The notes below the pieces were generated by a model, which was not told the DNA's origin, ran no database searches, and worked only from the letters and a program-made list of their open reading frames with translations. Both the position numbers and the translations under genes were made by a program. Below, piece after piece: positions 26,889-41,114 of a stretch of 64,000 nt of DNA (positions within the stretch are counted from its first letter, which is position 1; each line of letters begins with the position of its first letter). This DNA is from the human T2T-CHM13v2.0 reference genome, Homo sapiens. The stretch lies in the NCBI RefSeq assembly GCF_009914755.1, contig NC_060929.1; one strand, written 5' to 3'.

Positions 26889-28824
26889 TGCCTCGGGTCC
26901 AGGGGTTTCCCGTCGTCCCCTGCCAGCCACGGTGCCCTCTGGTTGGGCCACCACAGAAGCTCTACCTGACTTCCTGCCGCAGTCCTGGTTCCTGCCGTCT
27001 GTTCCACACATGGGGCCGGATGACCCCTGGAAGCACCCATAGGGCTTCCCGTCACCTTTGGGACCACGCCCACCCATGCCCAGCCTCCAGGCCCTGCCCC
27101 ATCTGACCCCCCAGCTTGGCTCCCTGCCCTGCTCCAGCCGCCACCTAGCCCCAGAAACATGCCGTCCCAGGTGACCCTCATGGGAAGGGACCCCAAGGGG
27201 GAGTTGGGTGGGGGTGCGTGCTGGGAAGACCTCCCAGGACCAGCACAGAAAGAGGCAAGCTGCACACAGGGCCGGCATTGACGGCATTCCAGAGCAGAAG
27301 AAGGAAAAGTAGAAGGCGAGGCTGGGGACGTGAAACAACTTTGCATCATTTACTATTAATTGAGTCCAAACAAACAGTACAGGAGCAACTCCCCTACATC
27401 TAAAACCAAATCATCATGTCTCGAGGCTCTTCCTCTGCGCCATTGGCGGCCGTCCATTCTACAAATGACCTGCCTGCTTGCCTAAATGCGTCCTGACGGG
27501 GCCGAGGGAAGGCCGCACCCCTCGTGTGAGATGCTGTGGATGTGTTCTGGAGATTTCTGTGGCCGTGTCACGGGCAGGGGCGTCCCGCGTGCACCTGCAG
27601 CTCTTGCCTTTGTCCGATTCTTCTTTCAGCACAGGGGGTGCCGGTTTCAGGTGGAGCCCGTGCTGCGTGGCCCTTCTGTTTTCAGGTCACACCAGTGTCC
27701 ACCCAGCGGGTTTCTGGGTTTGATGGCTCTGCTCAACATTGGGAGTAAAGAAGACCCAATCAGGCCCCCACTGGGGAACGGGACCCGGGCTTGGCCTGAT
27801 TTGATCCATGCTCCTGAGGCCTGTGAGTCCCAAGGCTGTGAGTGGCATGTGCTCCAGGGTCTCTCCAGATGGGGCTTTGTCTGGGGTCACACGAGGCTGT
27901 CAGGGGCCTAAGCAGGGCCCGGATTTCCTAGGGAGGCCCTGGAAGGAGGCCGTCCATGAGGCTGGAGCCTGCAGGAGGTGCCTTCGTGGGTAGCCTGCCC
28001 TGCGGGAAGCTGCTCTTGGCAGACCTGGCAGCCCCGGTCCTTTGCTTGTCCTTAGGTGAGCTTCCAGCAAGGCTGCAGCAAAGATTTACAGGCGCCCAGG
28101 CTGCTGGGCAGGCTGAGGCTGGGGGAAGCAGAGCTCCTGGGCAGGTGAGTGTGAGCTGGGCGGTGCCTCCCGGCCAGGCCTGCTCTGCCTGCATTCCCCA
28201 CGCAGCCCATGGCTTTCCCAGGTGAGGCCGAGGTAAACACAAGGAAACTCGCTGTGCGGCAGTTTCCTTTGCCACGCACTCTTCCATCAGAGATGGCCTC
28301 CAGCCTACCCCCAGCCACCTCCCATCTTCCATATCCCTGTCCTGGAGGGCTGCCTCGCCGCCCACATCTGGCCCCCTCTGTCCCCGCCACCTCCCCACAC
28401 AGAGCAGACCTGCCCTGGGTCGGTCCTCTCTTCCCAGGAACATCTCCTCCCTTGCCCCTGCTGCCCCCGAAGCTGCTGAGCCAGAGTCTGAATCCTGCCT
28501 TGCCTCCACTGGGTCCCCGGGAGGGCAGGGCTGTGTGGGTCCCCCTCCCTAGAGCCCACCCCGCCCATGTTCTGGCCAGGACTGGGGCGCTGGACAGGAG
28601 AGGAGGGGCTGGAAACCAGTCTTCCTTCCCTCCTGGGGGCGGGCTCCTGGATTTTTTTGAGACCCCCAATTGCTGCAGGGCCCAGACCAGGAGGAGTGCC
28701 TTCCGGTGGACCAAATGGCCTTTACCCACGTGCCCAGCACCTGCCTTCAGTGTCTCCCTGACACCCTGTGGCCCGGGAGCTGTGGCAACCTCATCCTGTC
28801 TTCCCTCCTCCCTCCCCTCCTGCT

Positions 28825-28935
28825 CTTTTTCTGTCTCCATTTCTATCTATCTCTGTCTTTGTTTCTCTGTCTCCATCTCATTCTCTGTATCTATATGTCT
28901 CTATGCCTATCTCTGTCTCTGTCTCTTTCTCTGCA
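28825..28935. repeat. CT-rich low-complexity tract
   Basis: TCTCTG/TCTATC degenerate run. Confidence 0.8.
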
Positions 28936-29019
28936 TCTCATCCCCCAGGGGTCCCCATCAGCTTAACGGGGGTGTCCCCCCTCCACCCGCCCTGGGGTGG
29001 TACACTTGGTGGGGAGATG

Positions 29020-29245
29020 GTGTGGTGCAATGCAGTGGATTTGAGATGGGGGGGCAGATCCAATCACTGGCTGACGGGGGCTCCTCCACTTGCAGATGGG
29101 GTGACCTGGGGAAAATCACTTCACTGCTTTCATCTGTAAAGTGGGAGTACGGGTGACATCCGCCTCCTGGAGTCACTTTGAGGATTGAATTGATGAATAC
29201 ACCCTGAGCAATGCCTCGTGAGTGGGCCCCGTGTAAATGCTGGTG
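29020..29245 (+). mobile_element. MIR SINE
   Basis: MIR core GTGACCTGGGGAAAATCACTT...TCATCTGTAAAGTGGG...TGAGGATTGAATTGA. Confidence 0.75.
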
Positions 29246-30109
29246 TGACCATTACCCAGGTCCTGGAGGGCACCCAGCCACGTGTGGCTCCTGTGGGGTT
29301 CCTGTGGCTGAGACTTGGGAAACATCAAACAATATTCATAGCAACACCTCCAGACTGTGAGCCATTAGCACCTGACCATGACAAGGGCTGCCTTCTCTGT
29401 GAGTAGAGACAGAGATTACATTTTGTGGTGGGAGGCGCAACTTCACGGTAGCCTGGGTGATACCTGTGAACTCAGCAGCTACGATAAATACTAAAGCGAA
29501 CAGCAAAATTTGCATTTCAAAATAGTAAAAGTAAAAAATCCAAATTAAATTCTGATGGTATTGAGAGCTGAAAGCCATTTGTTAATAAAAGCCTTCCAAT
29601 GAAAAGCATTAGAAAATCTAACAATAATTATTGGAATCTTACCATGTGCAGTTCTTCGTAAGCAAGTTTTACTGCAAGTCCTATGAGAAGGTTCAAAGGT
29701 TCTGGCCACAGAGCACCAGAACCGACGGATCCAGCTGCCAACAGCTAAGAGCGACCCCCCTCCTTTCCTCAAAGCAGCCTCTGATGAAAGCAATGTCCAG
29801 GTGACGCCGGGAGAGCTGCCTAGAAGGATGAGAGGAGTAGGGGCAGCGGGTGTTTCCTTTGTCCTCCAGCTCTTCGGCGTCTGACTGCCTGCAAGGTTGG
29901 GAGTAACCGCTAGAGCACTGGCCACCCTATCGTGCCAGGAGTTTGTCATAAGGATGGAAAGTAAGCACCAGGGTTGGCTGGTGAGGGAGAAGGGAAGAAA
30001 GAGACCGGGAAGTCCAAACACAGAGATGTCCTAGCCGCCCAGAGAGCCTTTGGACGGCCTTCCTTGAGGTAGGCAGACAATACGCTGCATGTTTGGTTTA
30101 AACCACGGC

Positions 30110-30743
30110 TGAGGCAGGAGAAGAGGGTCTGGAGGCGGGGAACCTAAGGCTGATTCACGCTGACTTCCTAGAACTAAATCAAAAGGAAAACCCCAACTTT
30201 CCATGCCCAAATAACCAAAGGACCAGAGGCTACTCTCTTTGCAACCCCTCTCCCTTTTTTCTGAGTGGCAGATGAAAAATTGAAAATACCTCTGATTAGT
30301 CCCCTCCTGCAACCAATCAGGCTGGTCTAGGGCTAAGTCTTCATTTGCATAGGAGTATAATGCTGTAACTTCACTTCGGCCTCTGATTGGTCACCTTCCA
30401 CAACCAATCAGACGTTTGCATAGGGTATAACTTTGTAACTTTGCAACTTTGCTTCAGCCTCTGATTGGTCCCCTCCCACAACCAGTCAGACAGATCATGG
30501 GCCACTACTTCATTTACATAGGGTGTACACCAAGTAACCAATGGGAAACCACTAGAGGGTATTTAAACCCCAGAAAATTCTGTAACTGGGCTCTCCAGCG
30601 CTTGCTCAGGCCTGTTTCCATCATGTGGGGTGTACTTTCATTTTCAATAAATCTCTGCTTTTGTTGCTTCATTCTTTCCTTGCTTTGTTTGTCCAATTCT
30701 TTGTTCAAGACACCAAGAACCTGGGCACCCTCCACCAGTAACA
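30110..30743 (+). mobile_element. Solo ERV1 LTR (MER51A/B-like)
   Basis: Starts TGAGGCAGGAGAAGAGGGTCTGGAGGC...CCTAGAACTAAATCAAAAGG and ends GTAACA; near-TSD CGGC/CTGC; contains CCAAT boxes, TATTTAA and AATAAA. Confidence 0.85.
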
Positions 30744-31947
30744 CTGCTATTTTCATCCCTTCTCGTTTGAAGTGGACACAATTTATAACCAGCTGTTCAT
30801 CTTTGGATGATCAGGCAGGACTCTCCTAATACGTGAATCTATATACATACCATGCATTTGGCACAGTGCGTGATTCAAGATAACAGCTTAATAAACACTT
30901 GGCTGGATGAGTAAAGACTTAGAGTTTGATTCACTGACCACAGGAAATGCCTTTATCCTATCTCAAACAGCATGCTAGTTACTTAAACTGATAAAAATTA
31001 TACATAAGAAATCGATGACAATTTTGGAATAGGTGACTGCATTCTCAACCACTGAAAGAACCATTATGCTTTCGACAGAAACCTTAGGAGAAAGCGTGCC
31101 TCCAGACTTCCTGAGAGACGGCAGACAGGCCGCCAGGATTTCTGGGTAGCAATTCATCCTGTGTTGACTAACAGCATCACTCTGTAAGGAAAAACATGCA
31201 TCGCTTTCTGAGGAAAAGACAATGAATCTTTAGTGGTGGCCAGCCAGGGGAAGCAATTCTCATTTCCACCCTGGGGAGCTGCTTGGGTGGGTCCTAAGAC
31301 TCCCGGGGCTGGCTTCCTGACAGCATGTTTCTGAACACTGACACAGCCAGAGTCAATTTCTCATGCAATGCAAAACAGCTTTCTTTGTTGTATGCATTCC
31401 TCATTTCTTCCATGCATTTTAAATAGGAAATGACAAGTGGGAACTGGGAGAAAAAAACAATTAACCTCTAATTGGGAATCATGACCACTAATTATAAAAT
31501 AGGGGGAAAATGCTTTAAAAGTCAAAAAGAGGAGTGAGAAAAGATAAAATTGTGCATAAATGCAGAAAAACACCCTCAGTCATAAATAATGCTCACCATA
31601 TCCTAAACCATCTTCAGAAAATGAAGGATGCAGCCACCTGGGGGAAGAATGGGGATGCCCCTGGGTCACCGGCAGGAGCTGCTGTCCAGATGCAGCCTCA
31701 GGTTGCAAGACGGTGCACAAGACAGGAAAGAAACAAGAATTATAGGCATTTGTTTAGAGACTCACAGGATAGAGCCCAGAGGTCCTGCAGGAGCCAATAA
31801 TCCTGCTGGCTTCTAGGGAGAGAAACTGGGTCTCGCATTCGGGAGAGAACTTCAACTCAGGTGTCTTTTGCATTTTGAACCATGTGAACACATTATCTAG
31901 TAATACTAATTTAAATTAAAATTATTTTCAAAAACATTCTATACCAT

Positions 31948-32378
31948 TGTAGTGGGTTGACTAGCAGCCCCCGCAAAATTCCTGTCTACCTGAAACCTCG
32001 AAATGTGATCCTATTTGGAAATAGAGTCTTTGTAGATGTAATTAAGAATTTCCAGATGAAATTATCCTGGATTAGGGTGGGCCCTAAAGCAATGACGGGT
32101 GTCCTTCTAAGAAGAGGAGAAGGCACAGATCCCAGAACAGAGGAGAAGGCCTTACGAAGACAGAGGCAGAGGTTGGAGCCCTGTGGCCAGAGCCCAGAAT
32201 GACCTGGGGCCACAGAAGCTGGAAGAGGCAGGAGGAATCCGCCCCTGGAGTCTTTGGAGGAAGCACTGCCTGGCCCACACCTGGATGTTGGACACCTGGC
32301 CTCCAGAGCTGTGAGAGAATACATTTCTTATGTTACAGTTTGTAGTAATTTTTTATGGCAGTCACAAGCAACTAACAT
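31948..32378 (+). mobile_element. MLT1B/C MaLR LTR
   Basis: TGTAGTGGGTTGA...AATGTGATCCTATTTGGAAATAGAGTCTTTGTAGATGTAATTAAG...CTGGCCTCCAGAGCTGTGAGAGAATAC. Confidence 0.85.
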
Positions 32379-32429
32379 ATCACTTCATTCCTTTTTAAAT
32401 CATCTTATCCTCTAAAGAAGTATACTTGA

Positions 32430-32776
<347 letters not shown>

Positions 32777-33190
32777 TAAATTTGTCTTCATCTGGGATGA
32801 ACAAGAGAGGTGTCTTTCTAAAGCCGACAGGCATGTAATGCACAATAATAAAATATTATACAATTTGTTTCTCACCCAGCCACTTACTCAACAAAAGCCA
32901 AAGAGAATTGCTATATTTGGTATAATTAGAAAAACAATAATAAATAAATAGTATCTGTCACAGTTTTTTCCAAAGTACTTTTATATGAAAACTGATTCCC
33001 TGAGTTCTTAGGGTTTTACACCTTAAATTTAGGGAGAGCACATTCTTTCAAGATTTAAATTTTGCAACAACACAAGTCAAAAATAATTTGAGTAATGAAG
33101 GGAAGGAGAGTGTCATCCTGCCTGGGACTGCGTCCAGGCAGTCCAAGACACATGTGCAGAACACGTGCACATGTGCAAGGTGTGATGTGA

Positions 33191-33582
<392 letters not shown>

Positions 33583-33779
33583 TAGTTAAACTTTTTGACT
33601 TTTAAAAATAAGTAACGGTTGTTCAAAGGTCTTTAGAGCAGAAATGAGAGTCTCAGGGCTCCCCAAATCTCTGCACACACGGCTTTCAGAGTGGAATTAC
33701 CCTTGCTCACACACAGCTGCACACAGCATAGCTCTGATGGCAGAGGGTTCACTTGCTGCGGTGAATGTCCTAGAATAGA

Positions 33780-33998
33780 AGTGGGTTGGTAAATGCTTTC
33801 TGCAAAGAGCCCGAGAGCAAAACCTTTCTGTGCTCTGAGGCAATGACTCAACTCTGCTGTGGCAGCAGGAAACACACACAGACCACAGGATGCATAAATG
33901 AGCGAGGGGGCGTGTGCCAATAAAACTTTATCAACAACAACTGGCAGTGGCCCAGCCATGGACTTGTGGAGGAGACCATCATTTGATGCAGTTGGCCA
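33780..33998. mobile_element. MER58A-like DNA transposon relic
   Basis: ACTCAACTCTGCTGTGGCAGC...GTGTGCCAATAAAACTTTAT motif. Confidence 0.65.
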
Positions 33999-35382
33999 CA
34001 CTGAAGCTCAGACACGCCAACGTGGTAATGAGGCAGAACGTGGATTCCACTCCATCCTTTTAAGATTAAAGACATGCTCAGCAACAGGTGATACTAGTTC
34101 AAGTATTTACCGGGTTATGTGCTGGGTGAGCTGGTGAGCCTGCAGTCCCAAAAGGAAGAAAAAGAGAATGAACGCAGCAGCCAGCTGCGGGAGAAGCAAC
34201 CGTGCAGCCATCTCGGGTTGGGGGGCAGGAGGTTTCCCAGGGGAGCTGCCTCCTGGCAGGAAGCGCTGGAATCCAGCTCAGTAATTCCCATGAACTCTGT
34301 TTAACACCAGCAAGATGGGAAAGGAAGGCAGCTGCAGCCCCAGCTGGAGAGCAGGGCCCTGAGGCTGGGCTCTTCCTGGGCACAAGCCTCTGCCCAGAGC
34401 TTCCTGGCGGGGCCCTCAGCTCCTCTTCTCCAAGGCCTGGAAACGAGCTCCATGGGGCTGAGAATCATCTCTGTGTGTGGGAGACACATGGTCAATCTGA
34501 GTAAGCGGAAAAAATGGTGAGTGGCTGCGATGGGAAGGAAGCCCCAGAGAAGGGGCTGAGCCTGACTGGCAAACGGGAGGGCGTGGAGTGGGTGGGCAGG
34601 GACTTCACTTTTCCTTGACAGTTGTTTCATTGCTCAGATTATTTTGGCAAAGCATATTGTTGACGAATTTTTATGTTTTTCTAGGTATCAATATAAAAGT
34701 AAGATATAAACACAACTCCTCAACAAAATTAAAACCCACAGAAAGGGAACCTCACATTTCACTCCCACCTGTCTGTTCTCCCCTCTCCTTGAGAAGTAAA
34801 AACAACCACTGTCTTGCAGTGTGTTGCCGCAGAACTTTTCTTACAAAGTTACCTAAATACGGTGGCTTCGAAAAACGTGCTTAGATTTATGTTTTTTACT
34901 TAAATGGAAACGTACTTTGCACACGGTTGTACAACTTTTTTTTGCATATTTAATATTCAGAAATATGTCTTGGCGTTGAGTTTCGAGATGGCTTGTGGCG
35001 AGCCACGCCGTTTGCCCTAGGGCTGCTTGGTTACCATTTGTTGCAGGGCTCTGTGGTTACCAGGAGCCTGTGTGACCACTGACTTCACATCTGCCCTTCG
35101 CTGAACGTGTATTTCTAGAAAAATCCAGTGTCAAACTTGTCCCACACTCCAGTGCCAGAGGTGCTGAGGGTTCTCTTGGGCAGGACCGTTCAGCAAAGTC
35201 CACAGAGCAAAATGGGAGCTTGGCCTTAAAAGGGGTGAGCAAGCAGGAGGCGGGCCTCCTCTCATGAGCAGGCACGGAGGTGCTGGTCTGCCTTCGCTGG
35301 CCGAGTGCCCGCTGCAGGCTGGGCTGGTGGGAGACGTACGGACACAAACACGGCTGGGAAGCAGGCTCTGCCTCCACGCAGC

Positions 35383-35716
35383 ATGCTCATCTGTCCGGGC
35401 TGCAATAACAAAATTCCACCAACGGCTTACAGACAAGAAACTGGTTTCTCACAGATCTGGAGGCTGAAGTCCAGCATCAAGGCGCCGGCAGCTTCCGTGT
35501 CTGGTGGGGCTTCCTGGCTCACAGACAGGGCTCCTCCTCACATGGTGGATGGGGCGAGCTGGCTCTCTGGACTCCCTTTTCTCAGGCCCAAACCCCATCA
35601 CAAGGCCCTGGAGCAGGACTGAGTCACCTCCTGAAGGCCCCGTTCCAAAGCACTCCCACGGGGGATTAGGTTTCAACACAGGAATTTTTGGCGACACAAA
35701 CATTGAGACCACAGCA
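35383..35716 (-). mobile_element. MLT1A-like MaLR LTR
   Basis: TTTCTCACAGATCTGGAGGCTGAAGTCCAGCATCAAGG...GATTAGGTTTCAACAC...ACAAACATTGAGACCACAGCA. Confidence 0.8.
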
Positions 35717-36917
35717 CCCAGCTCTCTGGGTTCCCAGAACCCTGTGGGAGGGCTGGGTCGCGCCTGCCCCCTTTTAAACACGAGGCTTCCATGGAAGCTT
35801 CTTGCCGGAGGCTGGACACTGAGGAATGGACAGGATCAACACTCTTCCACCGGCTCTTCCACCTCCCGATCACTTCCACCATCGCTGGGGGAAGAACGAA
35901 TGCACCGCGTGGAGTGCTTCCGCCACAAAGCAGCACATCACCTCTGCTCGGAGACCCTGCTGGTGACCCTCAGCCAGCCTCATAGGCCACAGCAGGTCTC
36001 ACAGCCATGCCCACTCGCAGGGAGGCAGGGAAGCCCCAGCCCCCACCGGTCCGGCACAGGAAGGAGACCTGGACCCTGGGAGTGCCGGTCTCGCCTCCCA
36101 CTCTCCTGGGTGAGTGACAGCGACGCTGCCAGGTGGGTGGTCCGTCAGTTAGACCTGGTCCGTGAGTAGCCTCCTAGGTGGATACAAACATGACAGCGTC
36201 CCACAGAGCACCTCGCCTCCTTCTGGAAATGCATAGACAGCTCCTATGTTCTTCTCTCCATCTGGGCATCATTTACTCTTCCTTCACTTGCACTGCTGTC
36301 CCCAGTTGATCTTACTTTAAAAGTCCCTCAGAGAATAACCTAATAACGTACACCTGAATAGCACTTCTAACTTCTCACAGTATTTTCAATCCGTCTTTCA
36401 GTTCATTGGCACCACACCTTCAGGAGACAGGGAGGACATTGGCAAGACAGGGCTGGCATCTGGCAGGGCCCCAGGCCACCCGTAGGTCTCGCGAGTGCAG
36501 GGACAACTCCTGACAGGATGACCCTGCCGGCCCACGTGCCCACTCCTCCTCTCTCTGCAGTCGCCTTTCTCTGTGCCCATGAGGACCTGCTCAGCCCACC
36601 TTTGGGTGGCTTGGAAGTGCCTGGGATTTAAGTCCCCACACGGTCACCCTCAACCACCAGTGACGAGCATCTGTGGATAAACGCCCCCCCCCCCCAGTCC
36701 TCATCCCCTACAGGACACCAAGGTCCATTCCGCCAGAGCTCAGGGGACACAACAAGGTGGCACCCGGTGTCGCTCTGGTTCTGTGCCCTGGAAGCTCCTC
36801 TCCCTCCCTGACTCACATCCCCACTCCCCATCCTGACTTCCGAGATCACCTCCCAGTGGTGCACCTGCATCCCAGCCCTCGTCATGAGGTGTGCCCAGTT
36901 AGGACAGGCGGCAGCAA

Positions 36918-37124
36918 CCCTGGTTCATTGATGGGGAAACGTGTTGCCCCCCAGGGAGTGCTTGACAGTGTCTGGGGCACTTTTGGTTGGCCCTGCTTGT
37001 GTGTGGGGTGCTCCCGACATCTTGTGGTGGAGCCCAGGGATGCTGAACACCCGGCAGTGCCCAGGATGGGCCCGGAGCACAACCCAGCCCCAGATGTCCA
37101 CAGTGCCGATGCCCAGGATTCCTG
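36918..37124. mobile_element. MER20-like DNA transposon relic
   Basis: TTGCCCCCCAGGGA...GACAGTGTCTGGGGCACTTTTGGTTG...CCAGGGATGCTGAACACCC...CCAGATGTCCACAGTGCCGA. Confidence 0.75.
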
Positions 37125-38570
37125 GCCTGGTTCTGCAGAATTCTTTTATTAATCACTTATTCTGGACTGAAGCCTGGATAGGTAATTATCAGCCTTAGAT
37201 TTCTACTCAAGCAAAATTAGCAGAATCCCACCTTTCCCCGTTGGATCAAGCGTGCCATGAAATCCATGCCTTCTTTATTCCTTCCTGTTGGCTCCTGTGC
37301 CACGCTGCCTTGCTGGGGATTTGTCTGTGCAATTGTCAAGAGGCCACGACTGTGTGCCCACGTTTGCATGGCACGTAAGCACATCACACCCAACTGCAGG
37401 CATGCAGCCGGTGGTCAGGTCTCCCCCCAGAGCACTGCGTACTGCAGAAACACACCCAGTTTTCATCCACGCAGGATGGCTTGGATGCCCCCTGCCCGTG
37501 CCCAGCCTCAGGCCCCTCCTCGGGTTGCCTCCCCTGCAACCAAAGTTTCAGCTTGGCCGTCATCCCCTGCAGGGAGCATCCTTGACCTCTTGCCTCGGAG
37601 GGCCTGGCATGCTTCACACACAGCACTCACCAGCCTGTTTCACACGCTCCTACGCAGTAAGGGTGTGAGGGCAGCAGCACCTCTTCTCCTCCTCACCCCA
37701 GGGCCCAGGCTAAGGGTGCTCGGGAAGCATCAGCAAGCCATGCTGGGGGCTGTCAGGACCCTGTGGTTCTCAAAACCACATCACCCACCCCGTGAGAGAT
37801 CAGAGACATGGACAGCACACGCTGGCTGAAGGTTGCAGTCTGCTGAGGGTCACTACAGCGGTGCCACTGACCCATCACACCCTCCCACACTGCCTGTTCA
37901 GGTAGTGTATGCAGACACACGCGTATATATGTGGACACACTCATGCATGCACGCACACACACACGCTTGAGGAAAGTCCTCTCTCTTGCTGAACTATTCT
38001 CAGCCCCAGTGCATAACAGGTCTCCTAGTGGGGTCTGGCTTCTGACACTTTCAGGGGCCCCCGTGACAGACACTCTAGTGCATCAACTCCTCACTTAAGA
38101 ACGGCTCGAGAGAGGGCTTCCCTTTCACTGCACAACAGAAGCAGGCTCTTCGCAGAGCTGGTTCCCTTTTCTTTCAGGTAATAACGCTCTCCACCTTCTT
38201 CAACTGGCCAGACGCCTGCGGGCTGCAATGCCCATGTCAAGCTGCTTGCAGAGGCCCTTTGTGAGGGTGAATGGGCACAGCACAGAGTTCACAGCAACAC
38301 ACACCGGCGTCTGCTCCCCCTGGAGAAGTGATGTGGGTGCTGGGGAGGAGCTTTGGCCCTCATGTGGCCATGCTGCCCCCTCTGCCGCCCCACCAGGCCT
38401 TTCTGGGTGACCCTGCTGCGCCCCTGCTGCTGATCTGGGCAGGAGGGCGCTCCCCCCGCGCTAGGCTTCTTGCGTGGTCTCCTGTCTCACGAAACTCCTT
38501 TCTGGGAGAAGGGGAGGTGTCCCTGGCCAGGAGGAAAGGAGCCGTGAGAAGGCTGTCGCATCTCAGCATC

Positions 38571-39135
38571 TGCTCTGGGTTGGACTGTGCTCCCCACCCC
38601 CAAATTCATGTTGATGACAGTGCTCCCCCAAGGCATGGGGCTCACTCAACTATGAATCCCGATGACCAGGGAAGGACCAGCCCACTCCATCCCTCCAAGT
38701 CCTTACCAGTTGTAGGTGTGGTCATCCTCTAGCAAGGGGAGCTCCTTGCCTCCCCCTGAATCTGGGCTCACCCTAGGGACTGAAAGAGTGCGGTAGAAAT
38801 GACACGCTGGAATTTCTGAGGCTGGGTCATAGGAAGCCTCGTAGCATCTGCTTGGGTCTCTCGGGACACTCTCGGGAAGCTCACTGTGGGGCAGTGCAAG
38901 CCACGCTGTGGGCCCTGCCTGAGGAGGTGCTACGTACAGCCTGAGGAGCACTGAGACCCCAGACAGGAGAGCCGGTGCCATCTTGGAAGTGGGTCCTGCA
39001 GTTAATGCCACACAGATCAGACAAACTGCTCAGCTGAGCCCATCCCAAATGCCTCACAAAATCGTGAACAATGTAAAATGGCTGATTTAAGCCACCAAGC
39101 CTTGGCTTGTACAGCGACGGGTGACCAAAACACCA
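38571..39135 (+). mobile_element. MLT1 LTR fragments
   Basis: GGACTGTGCTCCCCACCCCCAAATTCATGTTGA start, then TTCTGAGGCTGGGTCATAGGAAG...CAGCTGAGCCCATCCCAAAT...TTTAAGCCACCAAG. Confidence 0.65.
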
Positions 39136-39270
39136 CTTCTTCCAAGAGGCTCTAAGCAGCCTCACGGAGACATAGAGAAGTCCTGCCCAGCCTCACCCAG
39201 CACCATCCAATCCCTACCTGCAGCCTGAGTTCAGAGAGAATGAATGAACTAAGCTATTCGGAAGGTCTAT

Positions 39271-39276
39271 TTTAAT
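39271..39276 (-). terminator. MRPL36: Probable MRPL36 polyadenylation signal ATTAAA
   Basis: TTTAAT on the plus strand, ~220 nt downstream of the stop codon. Confidence 0.65.
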
Positions 39277-39493
39277 AGGAAAATGTTTTTTAGTTGGAAC
39301 GTTTTGGAAATAAGATAACGCAATGTCTTCTATAGTTACTCATTTACACTGAAACGTGATGGGTAACTTTTAGGGCGTTTGCTTCCAGTCACTTTCCCCT
39401 GACTCCTTGATGTGATAATTCCTTCCATAAGATACAACCATTCTCCCAAGTGATGCGATGACGAGTATGTGCGTGACTCTGGAGGGAAAGGGT

Positions 39494-39817
<324 letters not shown>

Positions 39818-40199
39818 CTATGGGAGAGAGAAAAAAAGGAGTTATAGCTTCTCCTGCACTTCCACCTGCTCTTTAAGGCTTCCTTTTCTCTGTTTCACTG
39901 AGGCTTGGGAAGGCAGGGACCTCGGGGACTGAGGGTGTTCCCATACCAGCTGCAGCCTCGACCTGAGCTTGAACACTGCCTTAATCAGCCAAGTGTGCCA
40001 GGAGAATAAGGGGCAGTGGACGGTGGCTTCCTTCCCTTTCCCGCCTGCTGCAAGTGTAGGTGAGTGTGCAAAGCCCCGCGATGTTGAGGAGCCGCTCACT
40101 TGGCTGGGAGGGAGCTTAAACTTAGGCCGCATCCCTTTCCAAACAGACACCAGGTCAAGGACGGTTCAACTGATGAGCTCCTCCCTCCAACTCTTCCCA

Positions 40200-40920
40200 G
40201 ACCCAGGGGCCCTCCCTCGGGCCAGTTTCGGGACAGGCCCCCGCTCCGGAAGAGCACGGAACTCTGGCACCCCGGTCGCCCGCCCCTGCTTCCCCACGCG
40301 CCCCGGCCCTTAGGGTTCAGCGGCCCCGGCTGGGAAGAGCTGGGCCTGCAGGGCCCGGAGGACACTGCGGCACCGGAGCCGGCCCTGCGCGCGGGCTGTG
40401 AGGTCGCGTTCGGGAGCCGCCAGTTCTCCCGCCCCGGGGTCGCTGGACACCCCCTCCTGTCGCCAGGTCGGGCGCCCACGGTCGGACCCGCATCCCCCAC
40501 CCTGGCCCTCTGAGACCGCCAGGCCCCGGCCCACGCTCCTCTGACCGCAGCCCACTCGGGGAGACACGCCCGAGGGTCCCAAGGTGGCCGGCCCCACCCT
40601 CTCGCAGCCCCCACTCTCAGGACACCCGGGACCCCTGACCTGAGAAGACGGCTCCCTTACCCGGCCACACGCCCTTACCCGGCCGCACGCTCTCACCCGG
40701 CGCCGACCCCTGCGTCTGCGCACTGGCACGCGGACGCTGCTGCCAGGAAGGAAGATGGCGGCGGGGGGGGGGGTCACGTGGCGTGCCCACGTCCAGTGCG
40801 GGGCGCAGAGACGCAGCGACGAGTGCGCAGGCGCTGGAGTGCGACGTATCACTCCCCGACTGCGCGCACTCTGCGGGCCACCGGGATCGTCGTGCTGTTT
40901 GGAGCGCTCTCGGGAAAAAA
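40200..40920. promoter_or_regulatory. CpG-island promoter of MRPL36
   Basis: High CpG density; YY1 AAGATGGCGGC at 40752-62; G11 tract; E-box GTCACGTGG at 40773-81; NRF1-like TGCGCAGGCGC at 40824-34. Confidence 0.85.
40640..40750 (-). other. MRPL36: MRPL36 non-coding first exon region (several candidate donors; TSS approximate)
   Basis: CpG island with minus-strand donor motifs whose GT begins at 40696, 40678, 40660 and 40639. Confidence 0.7.
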
Positions 40921-41114
40921 AATGCAAAAACCAGGAACGAAAATGGATATCCGCAACGAAAAAGAAATTACAACCACTTAGGCCTTAGAAAAAACTGGCA
41001 AATACCAATGTCAAAACAAACTGAGAAAGAGGACATGTTTTTAAGTGGACAGGAGAAATGTAAACAGGCTCCGGGAAACGAGTGGAGACGGGCAGTAGTT
41101 TCAACTGGTTACGG

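Noticed and set aside
28209-29156. 315-aa ORF and overlapping long ORFs on both strands
   Set aside because: GC-rich Pro/Leu/Ser-biased sequence running through a CT tract and a MIR, with no recognisable domain.
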